Below are positions 62,936-64,000 of a DNA stretch of 64,000 bases, one piece after another. Within the stretch, counting starts at the first letter, position 1, and each line of letters starts with the position of its first letter. The notes under the pieces were generated by a model, which was not told the DNA's origin, did not search any database, and saw only the letters and a list, made by a program, of their open reading frames with translations. A program made the position numbers and the translations under genes. This stretch comes from Octopus vulgaris (lineage: Eukaryota): NCBI GenBank assembly GCA_951406725.2, contig OX597814.1:151776001-151840000 (forward strand), written 5' to 3'.

Positions 62936-64000
62936 AAATATTTGATTTTTTTAATGGTTTCTATTAAAGCTGTTGACCATAAGGGCATCCAGCCGTAGAA
63001 ACACTGCCAGATTTGACTGGGCCTGATGAAGCCTTCTGGCTTCACAGACCCCAGTAGAACCGTCCAACCCATGCTAGCATGGAAAACGGACGCTAAACGA
63101 TGATGATGATATAAACCCTATTTTATTTATCAATTTCTATTTATTGAGTGAGTGTTGTGGGTACTTTTACATGCCACTGGCACGAGGGCCAGTCTGGCAG
63201 TTGTGGCAACAACCACACTCAAAAGGTAGCACATAAAAATACCTTTTGAGCGTGGTCGTTGCCAGAACTGCCTGACTGGCCCTCGTGCCAGTGGCACGTA
63301 AAAGCACTCACTACATTCTCAGAGTGGTTGACGTTAGGAAGATTGCCAGATAAGATTGAGCCTGGTGCAGCCTCTAGCTCACCAGTCCTCAGTCAAACCA
63401 TCCAACCCATGCCAGCATGGAAAGGGGATGTTAAACGATGATGATGATGATGAATGGCTAAGTTCACTTGAACTAAATCATTTAAAAAATTTAATGTATT
63501 TGAAGGATTGAATTACCACAAAGTATTTATATCCACACACACCTATCTGTATTTGTAATGGCTTTCTGTTCAGTTTTCATTTGCCAAATATCACTCACAA
63601 CTTGCGGTTATGGTAGAGGACCCTTCTCCATAGTGCCTCGCAGTGAAGTCAGTCCATGAACTATGTTTGTGATGCTGGCTTTTCAGTGTTGCTTTTTTAC
63701 CCAGTAAATAAATATAGCTACATTTTCAGTGTGGTCTATTACCTAGTGAATATAGCTTCCTATATGATGCCTTAGTCAAGATTAAGACTAGGTAATATGA
63801 TATAGCGAGTGTTGTATGCAACATTCTCCATTTACTATGTCCTATATTTTAAATATTAAAATTTTTTTTTTGGAGTCCTTCTTATACAATCTTGTGTAGT
63901 AGTATTAAAATCCTCTCTAGTTCTAAATTTAGACCTTGATTTAATTTTCTCCTGTAACAATTTTGTATTAAACATTTGTTTTGGCCTCTGTCTTTTACAG

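Overview
AT-rich, repeat-dense animal genomic DNA. The SINE and LINE families recalled from memory point to a cephalopod, probably Octopus (inference, not database-checked). One host gene is well supported: a 5-exon, 251-aa C-factor/CsgA (sniffer-like) short-chain dehydrogenase/reductase on + (29401-40485). The window opens with an apparently intact CsRn1/Kabuki-clade Ty3/Gypsy retrotransposon on -, with a 5' LTR, tRNA-Trp PBS, CHCC Gag, and a protease-RT frame best reached by a -1 frameshift at U UUA AAC. The rest is nested mobile DNA: mariners, Tigger, hAT, Helitrons, a piggyBac-type MITE, RTE/CR1/Tx1/Hero/R4-like LINE remnants, Penelope-like elements (PLEs) and many tRNA-derived SINEs. The most unusual region is 15-28 kb. 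There, PLE remnants next to microsatellites carry several hammerhead-ribozyme-like motifs, two with very long stem II closed by U/U, and co-occur with five fold-back or palindromic structures, including a perfect 284-bp palindrome. Weak evidence suggests an unannotated minus-strand spliced transcript (45.7-53 kb) and a + strand gene continuing past the window end.
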